The position numbers were made by a program, and so were the translations under genes. This document shows, piece after piece, positions 54,433 to 64,000 of a DNA stretch of 64,000 nucleotides. This DNA comes from a virus (Duplodnaviria > Heunggongvirae > Uroviricota > Caudoviricetes): the IMG/VR virus record IMGVR_UViG_3300033076_001232, positions 14,435 through 78,434 of that record. One strand, 5' to 3'. The notes below the pieces were generated by a model, which saw nothing but the letters and a program-made list of their open reading frames with translations, ran no database searches and was not told where the DNA came from. The first letter of the stretch is position 1; every line of letters starts with the position of its first letter.

Positions 54433-55828
54433 CAGGTCACATGTCGATAAACTCAACGCACTTAGTTCATCCGTTATTGGATTTGAGTTTGAGTTCTACA
54501 CTAACCTTCTAAAGGGTAGAGCAGCAGAGTCATTGTCTAAGCTTTTGAAAAAGAAAGTACACGTCTCTGAAAAATATCACTCAAATCTTCCTATTGATGC
54601 TAATAATTTTAAATTAGAACCAGATTATTCCGGTGGAAGTAAGATGGTTGAGTTTATTACTGGACCTCTTCCTTATAACGAAGCTATTACTATCCTAATT
54701 AAAACTCTTAATTGGATAGATGAGAATGGATGGACAAACGATAGATGTGCATTCCAATTCTCAGTAAGTTTCGATAAATTCAGAAGGGACGTAAAGGATA
54801 GAATTGAGAATCTAGATAAACTTAAATTTATTTTAGGTTTAGATGAGCCTTTCATTTACTCTAAGTTTGGTAACAGAGAAAGGAACGTTTATGCCAAATC
54901 AATTAAGAGAGTAATTCCAGTTAATAGGTTTTCTATTCTGGAAAATATAAGCACCATAGATCCAAAAATGTACAAAATTCCTAGTGATAAGTACTATGGT
55001 GTTAATTTCACGAAGATTCCACAAGGATACCTTGAGTTCAGGTATCTTGGAAATAGAGACTATCAGAAGAAAAGTAAAGATATAAGGGAGATTATAGACT
55101 ATGTCATTTTATATCTGTATGACCTTCTTAGCCATCGTATAGCAGGATACACTAAGGAAGATCTTGCTTCACTCCAGAAAATGATGTCAAAGTATGCTAA
55201 TGTGGTAAGAGCATTTAGTAATCCCGATTTCTTCTTTAAAGCATTCCCAGATTTTCACGTCTTTATAGATCTTAAAGGATTTGACGAGAACGTTAAAACT
55301 TATTTCCCTGTAATAAGAGATAAAATATTCGATCTGATAGTTGAAGGAAATATAACTTCCTGTTATTTTAACTATGATACAACAACCGGAAGATATCAGG
55401 TAAAAGAAGCAAGATGCAGAAATTCTTTTGAACTCTCTAATCTGGATCTTATACTCTGTGACATTAAAAATGCTGTTATTAGAAACTGTAATATCTACAA
55501 TTGTGATATAAAGAAATCCTCGATTGAGGATTCGTATATTTATAGTGGAACTAAAGTTATTTCCTCTAAAATTAAGTCAACCATAGCTGATTACTCTAAT
55601 GAGCTTAAAGACTGCTTTATAGATTGTGAGGGAAAAACCATAAACTGTAAAATAGTTGGAGGAGTACTTAGAGCAGGAATCGTTGGTGATAATGCAGAGA
55701 TAAGTAAGGAAACGATGAAGGTTAAAAATCCAGCGGATCAAAGACTCTCTAGATTCATTAGCGATAAAAGATTGAAGGATCTTAATGATAGATATAACAA
55801 TCCAAGGTTCGGTAACATGAACTACTAA
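54422..55828 (+). CDS. Putative amidoligase (COOH-NH2 ligase fold) with C-terminal beta-helix-like repeats
   Basis: IGFEFEF, KLEPDYSG, VEFITGPL, KYYGVNF, YLEFRYLG; IxNC/IxxS pentad repeats at the C-terminus. Confidence 0.6.
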   Translation: MSDNRSHVDKLNALSSSVIGFEFEFYTNLLKGRAAESLSKLLKKKVHVSEKYHSNLPIDANNFKLEPDYSGGSKMVEFITGPLPYNEAITILIKTLNWIDENGWTNDRCAFQFSVSFDKFRRDVKDRIENLDKLKFILGLDEPFIYSKFGNRERNVYAKSIKRVIPVNRFSILENISTIDPKMYKIPSDKYYGVNFTKIPQGYLEFRYLGNRDYQKKSKDIREIIDYVILYLYDLLSHRIAGYTKEDLASLQKMMSKYANVVRAFSNPDFFFKAFPDFHVFIDLKGFDENVKTYFPVIRDKIFDLIVEGNITSCYFNYDTTTGRYQVKEARCRNSFELSNLDLILCDIKNAVIRNCNIYNCDIKKSSIEDSYIYSGTKVISSKIKSTIADYSNELKDCFIDCEGKTINCKIVGGVLRAGIVGDNAEISKETMKVKNPADQRLSRFISDKRLKDLNDRYNNPRFGNMNY

Positions 55829-55842
55829 AAAAAATTACTCCG

Positions 55843-56619
55843 ATGACTCAAGAAGAACTAGTTCAAGAAATACAAGATGCACTATCTTTTAGCTGTGCTC
55901 TGCCTTATAACCTGAATGTTCAGGAAATCGAGAGGATTATAAATAGAGCCAAGGCTTGGTTCTATGACAATTATCAGTATGCTGCGGAGGAAAGAGTATT
56001 TGTTCTTGCGAATTCTCTTTTTCAGCATCCAGAATTTAAAAGAACTAGACAGATACAACTTCCTAAAGCAATAGTTGCAGTTTATGAAGTTAGAGAGCTA
56101 GGTGGTTATGGGATATCCGGAAACCCAGACAGGGACTTCAGTGACTCCAAGTTGCTTGGGTCTGAACTCCTATTATCTCCTTTCGTTGGGGATAATCTTG
56201 TTTATAGAACAGTTATGTATTCATATTTTGATTTAGCAAAAGCTTATTTATTGAATACCTATGCTTTCAGATATAATAAAAATACCAAATTTCTTACCAT
56301 TTTAGGTAGAGATCCAAATAGATCAGGGAAGGGACAATTGGCACAAGGATTTGGCGTTGGCGGAGTTGATGTATCAGTAAGATGTTTTGTTGCTATACCA
56401 GACGAATACCTTTATGATGATGAATTATTCGTCAGATATTGTATAGCTAAGTGTAAAATAGCACTTTCCCAAATGCTAGGAGTTTTTACGTATAATTTAC
56501 CTGGAGGAGTACAAATTAACGCCGGAGAAATAGGAAGTCAGGGAGCAACAGAACTTCAAGAAGTGATGGATATGATCAACGGAGAGAATACCCCTTCATA
56601 TTTCTTACAGTGGAACTAA
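55843..56619 (+). CDS. gp13: Neck / head-tail adaptor (T4 gp13-like)
   Basis: IERIINRAKAWFYDNY, RYCIAKCKIALSQMLG, LPGGVQIN..I...G..EL. Confidence 0.75.
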   Translation: MTQEELVQEIQDALSFSCALPYNLNVQEIERIINRAKAWFYDNYQYAAEERVFVLANSLFQHPEFKRTRQIQLPKAIVAVYEVRELGGYGISGNPDRDFSDSKLLGSELLLSPFVGDNLVYRTVMYSYFDLAKAYLLNTYAFRYNKNTKFLTILGRDPNRSGKGQLAQGFGVGGVDVSVRCFVAIPDEYLYDDELFVRYCIAKCKIALSQMLGVFTYNLPGGVQINAGEIGSQGATELQEVMDMINGENTPSYFLQWN

Positions 56620-56623
56620 TCTC

Positions 56624-56631
56624 GATATATA
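56624..56631 (+). promoter_or_regulatory. Late promoter motif GATATATA upstream of gp25
   Basis: Recurrent motif. Confidence 0.6.
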
Positions 56632-56649
56632 CATGGAAACACTTTTTCC

Positions 56650-57021
56650 ATGAGAGAGATTTATAACAGAGACCCCGAGGATCCGGAATACAATCCATAT
56701 CAGCTAGAGACGACTGATCCGGTTGAGATTTGTATAGGACAGATCAAAATGCTTCTCCTTACTAACAAGGGGGAAGTATTAGGAGATCCTAAGTTCGGTT
56801 TAAATATGGAGGATCTAATTTTTAACCTAAATCTTTCTGAAGCTAGTATAAAAAAGGAAATAGACCTATATCTTAATGTCTATGTTCCTCTTTTTAGGAC
56901 ATTAGGCGGATCATATGAGCTTAAGTTTTTCGTAGGAAAACTTAGAGATATAGCAACTCTAGATTTTAAATTGCCACAAAACGGAGGACTAAGTCCTGCT
57001 GTTACGCTAAGATTAACATAA
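56650..57021 (+). CDS. gp25: Baseplate wedge / sheath initiator (gp25-like)
   Basis: QIKMLLLTNKGEVLGDPKFGLNMEDLIF. Confidence 0.75.
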   Translation: MREIYNRDPEDPEYNPYQLETTDPVEICIGQIKMLLLTNKGEVLGDPKFGLNMEDLIFNLNLSEASIKKEIDLYLNVYVPLFRTLGGSYELKFFVGKLRDIATLDFKLPQNGGLSPAVTLRLT

Positions 57022-57028
57022 GACAGAT

Positions 57029-58756
57029 ATGAATATTTTTAGAAAAAATAACATCCTTATAAACGGACTTCTTGGAGATACATTTAATTTCCTGCAGTCA
57101 ACTTATAATCAAACTGCCAACGTTTTTACTGTTGCTTCCGCATGGGGACAAATATTATTCGTTCTCCAGAATATTTCCCAGTTGATACTTTATTTTATCG
57201 AGGATTCTATCACCGAATTAAATATCCAAGAAGCAACCAGAGATTATTCAGTTAGAAGTTTAGCCAGAATAGCAGGATATGATCCAGGGAGAGCTAAAGC
57301 TGCTCAGGGAGAAGTATCTTTAAAATGGAACGCCAGAGAAAGTGGCGTAGGAGGTGGAGCAGTAATTATTAGAAGCAACACACAAATTAGATGCGAACAG
57401 AACGGGAAGGTGTATTCGCTTAGATTTGCCAGTCCGGAAGTAACGATACCGCTAGTCAGAGGAAACAACCTAAGAACCAAGATCGTTCAGGGTACATTTA
57501 GTAATGCTATTGTTACCGGTACGGGATTAGCTTTGCAGAGTTTTAATCTTCCTTCAGTATCAGGAGCATATGTTGATCAATTTTATGTTGATGTCTACGT
57601 AAACGAGGAAAGGTGGAGAAAGTATGATTCCCTTTATGATATCCCTCTAAACTCTAAGGGGTATTTGGTCAGAGGGGGAATCTCGGAGGGTATTGATGTT
57701 TATTTCGGAAATTCAAATTTTGGTCTGATTCCGAGAAGAGGATCTAGAATAAGAATAGAATATCTTCAGGGGAGTGGACTTTCAGGAAACGCATCATCAG
57801 CACCAAATAGGCCTTTGACTTATAAATTTGTAACTACTGGTACCGATCTTTTTGGTAATGAGGTTGATTTAAATCTTTATATAGATATTACCAATGAGGT
57901 TGATCCTTCATTTGGATCAAATCCAGAGACTACTAATCTAATTCGTTTAGTGGCACCAAAAACTAGTAGATCATTCGTTTTTGCTAATGCTGACAACTAT
58001 GAGATATTTCTAAACAAGCTGGGCATATTTTCACAGATCCAGGCATTTTCTACTTTTGATGATGATTATCTAGATGATGATAATGTTGTTTATCTATATC
58101 TCGTACCTGATATCACATTAAACATTTCTAGTAACGAAGACTATTTTAATGTTTCTACCTCTGAGTTTTTATTGACATCGGAGCAAAAAATTGCTATTCT
58201 AAATCTAATTGAAGATTCTGGATCTATGATAGCTACTACTGTGGTAAAGATAGTCGAACCGGTAATTACTAAGTTCATAGCCAATGCTATTATAAGTATT
58301 TTTGAAGGATCTGATCCGGAGACAATAAAACTTAATATAAGGAAGAAGATCTCCGATTATATGTTAAATCTAAAGAGAAGAGATAGAATACCTAAGTCAG
58401 ATATGATTGCTTTGATTGAGTCAGTAGATGGGGTAGATTCGGTTTCTTTCTATTTCGTGGGGCAGAGAAACGAGCAAAACCAAGCACTCATTCAGAATCT
58501 TCCTAATGCTTCACAAGAGCAGTTGGATGAAGTTATTGGAATGGATCAATTTGGAGACATTATAATAGGTAGAAACGAACTAATTCTTCTAAGAGGAGGA
58601 TGGAGCGATAGAAATGGTACGGTATATACCGAGGGAATAGTAGAGGGTAGACCTGGTCCATTGAATATAACAATATCTTCAATAGTTCCTAGAAGCTTTA
58701 GAATGGAACTTAACGCTAGTAATAAAGCAACAATAATAAAAGGAAACATTAACTAA
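57029..58756 (+). CDS. gp6: Baseplate wedge protein (gp6 / baseplate J-like)
   Basis: SVRSLARIAGYDP, VYFGNSNFGLIP, IEYL..G..GN, GSNPET..IR..AP, DNYE. Confidence 0.8.
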   Translation: MNIFRKNNILINGLLGDTFNFLQSTYNQTANVFTVASAWGQILFVLQNISQLILYFIEDSITELNIQEATRDYSVRSLARIAGYDPGRAKAAQGEVSLKWNARESGVGGGAVIIRSNTQIRCEQNGKVYSLRFASPEVTIPLVRGNNLRTKIVQGTFSNAIVTGTGLALQSFNLPSVSGAYVDQFYVDVYVNEERWRKYDSLYDIPLNSKGYLVRGGISEGIDVYFGNSNFGLIPRRGSRIRIEYLQGSGLSGNASSAPNRPLTYKFVTTGTDLFGNEVDLNLYIDITNEVDPSFGSNPETTNLIRLVAPKTSRSFVFANADNYEIFLNKLGIFSQIQAFSTFDDDYLDDDNVVYLYLVPDITLNISSNEDYFNVSTSEFLLTSEQKIAILNLIEDSGSMIATTVVKIVEPVITKFIANAIISIFEGSDPETIKLNIRKKISDYMLNLKRRDRIPKSDMIALIESVDGVDSVSFYFVGQRNEQNQALIQNLPNASQEQLDEVIGMDQFGDIIIGRNELILLRGGWSDRNGTVYTEGIVEGRPGPLNITISSIVPRSFRMELNASNKATIIKGNIN

Positions 58757-58759
58757 GAT

Positions 58760-59290
58760 ATGCAAAGTTACTCGCCATTTTTTGGAGAAAAGGATAAACC
58801 AGTAAACTACACGGTTAATGGAGTTAAGCCGGTTACTACTAATACCACTTTCTATAATACTAAGGATATCTATGATACCGCACAACTAGCTATTGATAGA
58901 TCTAATAGTATAGGATGCTCCGGTTATAGAACGGCTATAGTTAATGCAAACGGCCAATACAAATATTCTCCTTGCTCTAGTTTGGAAGAATATAAGAAGA
59001 TAATGAAAGAATTACCTAAAGTTACTGTAGAAAGAAGATATTACGATTTTGATCCAGGACAGAACATTTATGATATTAGAGATACACTTAACGATAATCT
59101 ATATAACGGGTTTAATTATCAACACGAGCTTATGAAGAGAAGTTTATCTAATGTTATCTATAGGGATCCAGTAAAAGCAGGTATACTTGTTTATTTCGAG
59201 AGAGTTGTTTATGCTCTAATTGAAACGACTAAACAGATTAGAAACTTTGCTAATTACACAGTAAATAAAAATAACAAAAGAGTTTTCTAA
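58760..59290 (+). CDS. Hypothetical baseplate-region protein
   Basis: 176 aa between gp6-like and gp7-like genes. Confidence 0.55.
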   Translation: MQSYSPFFGEKDKPVNYTVNGVKPVTTNTTFYNTKDIYDTAQLAIDRSNSIGCSGYRTAIVNANGQYKYSPCSSLEEYKKIMKELPKVTVERRYYDFDPGQNIYDIRDTLNDNLYNGFNYQHELMKRSLSNVIYRDPVKAGILVYFERVVYALIETTKQIRNFANYTVNKNNKRVF

Positions 59291-59293
59291 GTA

Positions 59294-62200
59294 ATGGCAG
59301 ATTCTAGATTAAAGTTTTATAACAAGCAGGGTAATCCTCTTAATTTCGAATACGTCGGACCAACCGGACCAACCCCACTCGATTCCAGATTTACCTACAT
59401 AACTTCTGCATCTGGTGTACCTAATCCGGGTGATCTGGATATCACTGATTATGGAACATATTTTGAGTTTCTTTTCAATGACGAGGATCTTAATAATTTT
59501 GATCTAGTTTCTTGGTATGATGAGGTCGTAGATTTTCTTGCTAAAGGAGCGGAGGTATTTTTAAATGGTGATGTTATCGGAGCTAAAACTTTTAGAGCTA
59601 AGATATCTTCGGTATCTTTATCCGGTGGTCAATTATCAGTAAATCTTCTTAAGAATAATTATCAGGGGCAGAGCATAATAAGTGTCGGCAACCAGATATA
59701 TTTTACGACTAGTTATAAAAACAGACCAGGAGGATATTTCAAGGGTAATATTTATTTTGATCCGGTTTCTACCAGTCTTTATGAGAATGAGCAAATCTTT
59801 ATAGTTCAGGAATTATACAATGTCTCAGCATCTCAGATGCAATATGGACTTCCACATGCTGGTTTTACTGGTGCTACTTCGGGAGCCAAATGGAGAAGCC
59901 GATGGTATAATGACAATTACGGCGAAACTGATGTTACTGATATAATTTTTACCTATTCGATTGAGGAACAACTAGAAGGCGGAGATGGTGAGCCACTAAT
60001 TGTTAATTACCCGAATATGACGTTTACTGTAGATCTAGATACTAGTGACTATTATGCAAACGGATATCTGAACACGACCAGTGTGGAATCTTCAGCTCTG
60101 GGTATAAATGTAGCTTTGAATGGATCAGATGAAGCGGAGAGCGTATATGAAAGAAAATTAATTATTGATGATATTTCATCCGGTACGCCGGAAAAGGTTT
60201 TAGAAGTTGACTTCTACGGTCAAATAATAGGTGAGGACGAAAGGTTTAAAGTCATGCTCCAGAACTTCGGCAGGGCTTTCTATAAAAGTGACTCCGTTAT
60301 CTTGAGAGACCACGATCCAGACGAACCGCTTCCTAATTATTTAGAAATAAACGAGAAAAGAAAAGAGCTTCTCATAGCGGGTGACGAGATATTCCCTTAT
60401 ATGGGTAGTTATAAAGGTTTAATTAATGCTATTAAGTTTTTCGGTTATCAGGATTTAAGAATAAAAGAGTATTGGCTAAATCTAAATTATAATGCAGTAA
60501 AGAGTGAATCCCCGATACAGCAGAATAAGCAATTCTTGGATGCAATTAGAGCTCAACAAACACAAGGATATACTATGTCCTATCAGATTGGTGATGTTCT
60601 TGATAACGAGAACTCTGGTAAGTATAGACTAATTCAAACTTATGGTCCTGATGCTGATGGTAACTATGTTCTAGATGTTTCTTCGGAAGAAACCCTTATT
60701 CCAAGTAGAACTTATAAGAAAACATCTCTCTTCGGTCTTTATTATGATTTAAATAAAGTTACTCAAGATTTCGATGAATATGGATATCCGGTTGTAATAG
60801 ATGCTTTTAAATTTACCCAGGAGGAGGTACTTCTAAAAATATTTGCATTAAAGGAGAGATTAAAAAGAGACTACCTACCTTTAAATGCTAGAATAGTCGA
60901 TATCACAGGAGAGGGAGTATACTTTACAGTTTATAACACCAGATCTTGGACTGATGTCATGGAAAGATCAGATGTTAACTCAGGATTTATTTTTGATTTT
61001 TATCCTAATCCCGACTTTGGGTTCTTAGAAGATCTTAGAAATTTTTCTATTCGAACCGAATCGGATGATATTCAAAGTCCAAGTTCTTATAATAACTACT
61101 ATTCTACTAGCGTCGATTTCATAGGAGGAACCGGAAGCGCTATTTCTTTCAATGGCAATTTCCCTTATGGCCTTACTGGACCAAATCCAACTATAACAAT
61201 AAATGCTGGTAAGACTTACCAATTTGATGTTATTGATAGCGGAGCATATGGCTATGATTTTATTATTACTACTAGTCCATCATATACTCAGGTAGATCCA
61301 CTCGGTATCGAGAACAATGGTGCAACCGGGGGTGAATCCATTATTTGGTATGTTGATCCAGAACAAACCGGGACGATGTACTATTATTCATCCAATAATA
61401 CTTCTCTTCTAAGCGGAACCATAAATATATTACCAGCGACATCTTCGGATCTTGGAAATATCGTGGATCCTCTTGATTCCCAACAGAACCACACGGCTTT
61501 ACAGAATGCTTCCTTACTGAAAGCTATAGAGAATTTCTATTTCCTAAAGCAAAATGGACAGATAATTGAACTAGGGGATGGTAAATATGATCCGTCTGCT
61601 TACATTGATCCTGACACCGGAATTCCTTATCAAGTTCCCATAGGAATGCCCGTTATATTAGAACTTCTACCCGACGTGTGGACGTGGGATGAAATGAACA
61701 TAAGCTGGTCTTCTGTTATCATACCTGCATTCAAAGTTGGAGACAGCGTACAGGTAAAATCTGCTGGAACTTATTTTGGAGTTTTCGGAACTGTTACTGC
61801 AGTAAACTATTCAACTGGTAAATACACAGTTTTCTTAGATCCTCCTTATAGTACATCCGTTATTTTTGATGAGGCTGATCTATATTCAACTACCCAGCAA
61901 TATTTACTCCTTACCTGGGGAAATATAGACTTCTCAAATATGATGGAAGTTGAATGGATCGTAAATAAAAGTGCAACACAAAGTGGAACCCCTTATTATT
62001 TTGAATTTAGAGGACCTATAGGAGACTTTTATAAGCTTGCACACTTCTTACCCCGCACTGGAGAATATCGTGTAACGTGCAACGTTTATGACGCTTTTAA
62101 TTTTAAGAACACCGTTATTAAGGATGCCGTTATTAAGGTTCAGCCTAAGGTTATAGACATAGATTCATGGACTAGATACCGAGAGGTTGAATTTTATGAT

Positions 62201-63499
62201 TGGGAGAACGTGGATAGACCATGGCAAGACTATAACTCGATATGGGAGTATCCTGCAGAAGGTGAGAGCATAGAGGTTCTGGAAAAGAAGATGCCTTCTG
62301 AGATATTAAAATTTGCAACCTATGGAAATAAAGCGGAGGAGGGACAAAGTGTTTTAGTTAAAACTGAATTAGACCCAATAGGTGCAACCGGAGGAATCAC
62401 ATTTACTCAGAGCATCATAAGCATATCGGAAATATACTCTTTAGAGATATTCTCAGGTCAATACGGATCTGCAACCGTATTAACTTCTTCCCCCCACGGA
62501 TTATCCAACGGAGATGAGGTAACTATCATCGGAAGTATTCCTCAGATAAACGGTAGATGGGTAGCAGGAGTAACTGGATCAACCAATACATTTAAAATCC
62601 AAACTGTTCTAGATAACACTTGGAGTGGTGTCGTATCTCTGACCTCACCGACCCGATATGCAGTAGACGGTACTACATACACCAATCAGAAGATGACTGG
62701 AGCTGGATCTATTTCCATAGAGATTGACGGTAGAGTTATCGGAGCATCGGAGTGTGGTGATTCTTTGTATCATACTGCAAATTACATAACATCCGCTGTC
62801 AATAAACTTGTAACTTACCCTGACTATTATGCTTCATGCACGGATCCAACAGCAGATCCTGTTACAGTAACTATATATGCCCCCGATAATCTAGGATCAG
62901 ATCAGAATGGGATTTCGATGAATGCAACACTTACTGGATCTCTATCATTGGTTTCTGCTAGTACAGGTCTAACCGGAGGCGTAAGTCCGGTTGAAACATA
63001 TGTTGAATGGTCAGAGAACAGTTCAGAATACCCTAATGAAAATCTTAAATATTGGGGCACTAAAAATCTAGACTGGCAAATATTTAATGATGCAACATGG
63101 GAGGATGGATATTCTCATAGCTGGTATGATTTCGAATTTAATAATGACTGGTTGGGCGGATATGAGATTCACTCTATCTTACCGGGAGATTATCTAAAGA
63201 TAACGACAGGAAATACAACTTTTCCTTTCCCCGTTGGTGTAACTTTTAATTCAACTGCTACAACTCTGCAGGAAGTTGCAGATCAGCTGAATAATTCTTC
63301 GGATTCACATATAACCAATTTCTGGTATCGACCTATCCCTTCGGACACAGGATCTCTTAGTCCATTGTCACCTCCAGTAAACGTATCGATAAATACATCT
63401 GCAGTAACTGGAAGTACATTACCAGCTCCACCATCAGCTTTAGGTGGATCTGCTTTATTGGTTGTTAGTTTCGGATACACCGGTCCTACCGGACCTTAA
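59294..63499 (+). CDS. Very large baseplate wedge / tail protein (gp7-like, multidomain)
   Basis: IFPYMGSYKGLINAIKFFGY..IKEYW wedge motif; Ig/PKD-like and KOW-like segments; Gly/Thr/Ser-rich. Confidence 0.55.
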   Translation: MADSRLKFYNKQGNPLNFEYVGPTGPTPLDSRFTYITSASGVPNPGDLDITDYGTYFEFLFNDEDLNNFDLVSWYDEVVDFLAKGAEVFLNGDVIGAKTFRAKISSVSLSGGQLSVNLLKNNYQGQSIISVGNQIYFTTSYKNRPGGYFKGNIYFDPVSTSLYENEQIFIVQELYNVSASQMQYGLPHAGFTGATSGAKWRSRWYNDNYGETDVTDIIFTYSIEEQLEGGDGEPLIVNYPNMTFTVDLDTSDYYANGYLNTTSVESSALGINVALNGSDEAESVYERKLIIDDISSGTPEKVLEVDFYGQIIGEDERFKVMLQNFGRAFYKSDSVILRDHDPDEPLPNYLEINEKRKELLIAGDEIFPYMGSYKGLINAIKFFGYQDLRIKEYWLNLNYNAVKSESPIQQNKQFLDAIRAQQTQGYTMSYQIGDVLDNENSGKYRLIQTYGPDADGNYVLDVSSEETLIPSRTYKKTSLFGLYYDLNKVTQDFDEYGYPVVIDAFKFTQEEVLLKIFALKERLKRDYLPLNARIVDITGEGVYFTVYNTRSWTDVMERSDVNSGFIFDFYPNPDFGFLEDLRNFSIRTESDDIQSPSSYNNYYSTSVDFIGGTGSAISFNGNFPYGLTGPNPTITINAGKTYQFDVIDSGAYGYDFIITTSPSYTQVDPLGIENNGATGGESIIWYVDPEQTGTMYYYSSNNTSLLSGTINILPATSSDLGNIVDPLDSQQNHTALQNASLLKAIENFYFLKQNGQIIELGDGKYDPSAYIDPDTGIPYQVPIGMPVILELLPDVWTWDEMNISWSSVIIPAFKVGDSVQVKSAGTYFGVFGTVTAVNYSTGKYTVFLDPPYSTSVIFDEADLYSTTQQYLLLTWGNIDFSNMMEVEWIVNKSATQSGTPYYFEFRGPIGDFYKLAHFLPRTGEYRVTCNVYDAFNFKNTVIKDAVIKVQPKVIDIDSWTRYREVEFYDWENVDRPWQDYNSIWEYPAEGESIEVLEKKMPSEILKFATYGNKAEEGQSVLVKTELDPIGATGGITFTQSIISISEIYSLEIFSGQYGSATVLTSSPHGLSNGDEVTIIGSIPQINGRWVAGVTGSTNTFKIQTVLDNTWSGVVSLTSPTRYAVDGTTYTNQKMTGAGSISIEIDGRVIGASECGDSLYHTANYITSAVNKLVTYPDYYASCTDPTADPVTVTIYAPDNLGSDQNGISMNATLTGSLSLVSASTGLTGGVSPVETYVEWSENSSEYPNENLKYWGTKNLDWQIFNDATWEDGYSHSWYDFEFNNDWLGGYEIHSILPGDYLKITTGNTTFPFPVGVTFNSTATTLQEVADQLNNSSDSHITNFWYRPIPSDTGSLSPLSPPVNVSINTSAVTGSTLPAPPSALGGSALLVVSFGYTGPTGP

Positions 63500-63562
63500 A
63501 TTGGAATATTTCCTACTATATCTGATATAATTTTTATCAATTTATCTGACCTTTATTTTATC

Positions 63563-63570
63563 GATATATA
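63563..63570 (+). promoter_or_regulatory. Late promoter motif GATATATA upstream of the PKD protein
   Basis: Recurrent motif. Confidence 0.6.
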
Positions 63571-63587
63571 GGTTAATTGAGAAAGTT

Positions 63588-64000
63588 ATGGAGGATCCGA
63601 TATTAAATATAAACCAGGGAGATACAATTTATTTCTATGATACAAGTACTGGAAATATTGTATCCTGGGATTGGAGTTTTCAAGGAGGAACACCATCTAC
63701 AGCAACTACCCAGAATGTATATGTAACTTTTAACTCCCCCAATACAGCTGGATATTCAGCTTCTTTATCGGTAACTGATTCTTCTGGAATATCTGCTTCA
63801 AAATCTAAAACCGATATAATATCGGTCGAACCTGAGACAATATCATCATCTTTTAGCATCACTTCTAATTCTAGATTGATGAATCAAACTCAGGCTTACA
63901 TTTCAGGAGCAACTGCTTCTAGTGGGATATCATCCTATAATTGGACCATACCTGGATTAGGACTAACCTCTGGAGCATCACTCAGTACTCTTACTTATAC
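63588..64000 (+). CDS. PKD-domain protein (runs off the window end)
   Basis: ATG 63588: MEDPILNINQGDTIYFYDTSTGNIVSWDWSFQGGTPST...YSASLSVTD, a PKD motif; open to 64000; late motif at 63563. Confidence 0.75.
   Translation, partial: MEDPILNINQGDTIYFYDTSTGNIVSWDWSFQGGTPSTATTQNVYVTFNSPNTAGYSASLSVTDSSGISASKSKTDIISVEPETISSSFSITSNSRLMNQTQAYISGATASSGISSYNWTIPGLGLTSGASLSTLTY

Noticed and set aside
1-64000. Alternative genetic code (TAG or TGA reassigned, as in some large Bacteroidota phages)
   Set aside because: Code 11 gives near-complete coding density, and TAG ends full-length conserved genes (ligase 18823, clamp loader 19801, asnB 38941).
1-64000. tRNA/rRNA genes, introns, inteins, IS elements
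   Set aside because: Intergenic gaps are short and explained by promoters and terminators; no cloverleaf, intein or transposase motifs recognised by eye. A tRNAscan/Infernal run would be needed to exclude them formally.

Overview
About 35% GC, densely coding, almost entirely plus-strand segment of a large T4-like (myovirus, jumbo/huge-type) bacteriophage genome read in standard code 11. The host is probably in the Bacteroidota: TAnnTTTG promoters and A-rich leaders without Shine-Dalgarno sequences. Virion genes: tail sheath (partial), two tail tubes, a chaperone pair, a tape-measure-like protein, two tandem portals, a prohead protease fused to a 14-aa-repeat scaffold, the major capsid protein, many probable internal head proteins, neck, baseplate and spike. 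Other genes: ligase, clamp loader, RNase H, exonucleases, dCMP deaminase, kinases, a Nudix hydrolase, an AsnB-like amidotransferase, an amidoligase-like protein, a ribosomal S1-like protein and two phage sigma factors. Main observations beyond annotation: (1) three promoter classes with fixed spacing that fit a host sigma -> phage ECF sigma -> gp55 cascade; (2) a family of late proteins with T4-like capsid-targeting leaders, including a nucleotidyltransferase, suggesting a packaged and injected protein set; (3) two candidate recoding sites (+1 at CTT-TGA in the tail chaperone, -1 or slippage at an A9 run); (4) duplicated portal and tube genes; (5) a catalytically degenerate UvsE. Family assignments are from motif recognition by eye; no database searches were run.
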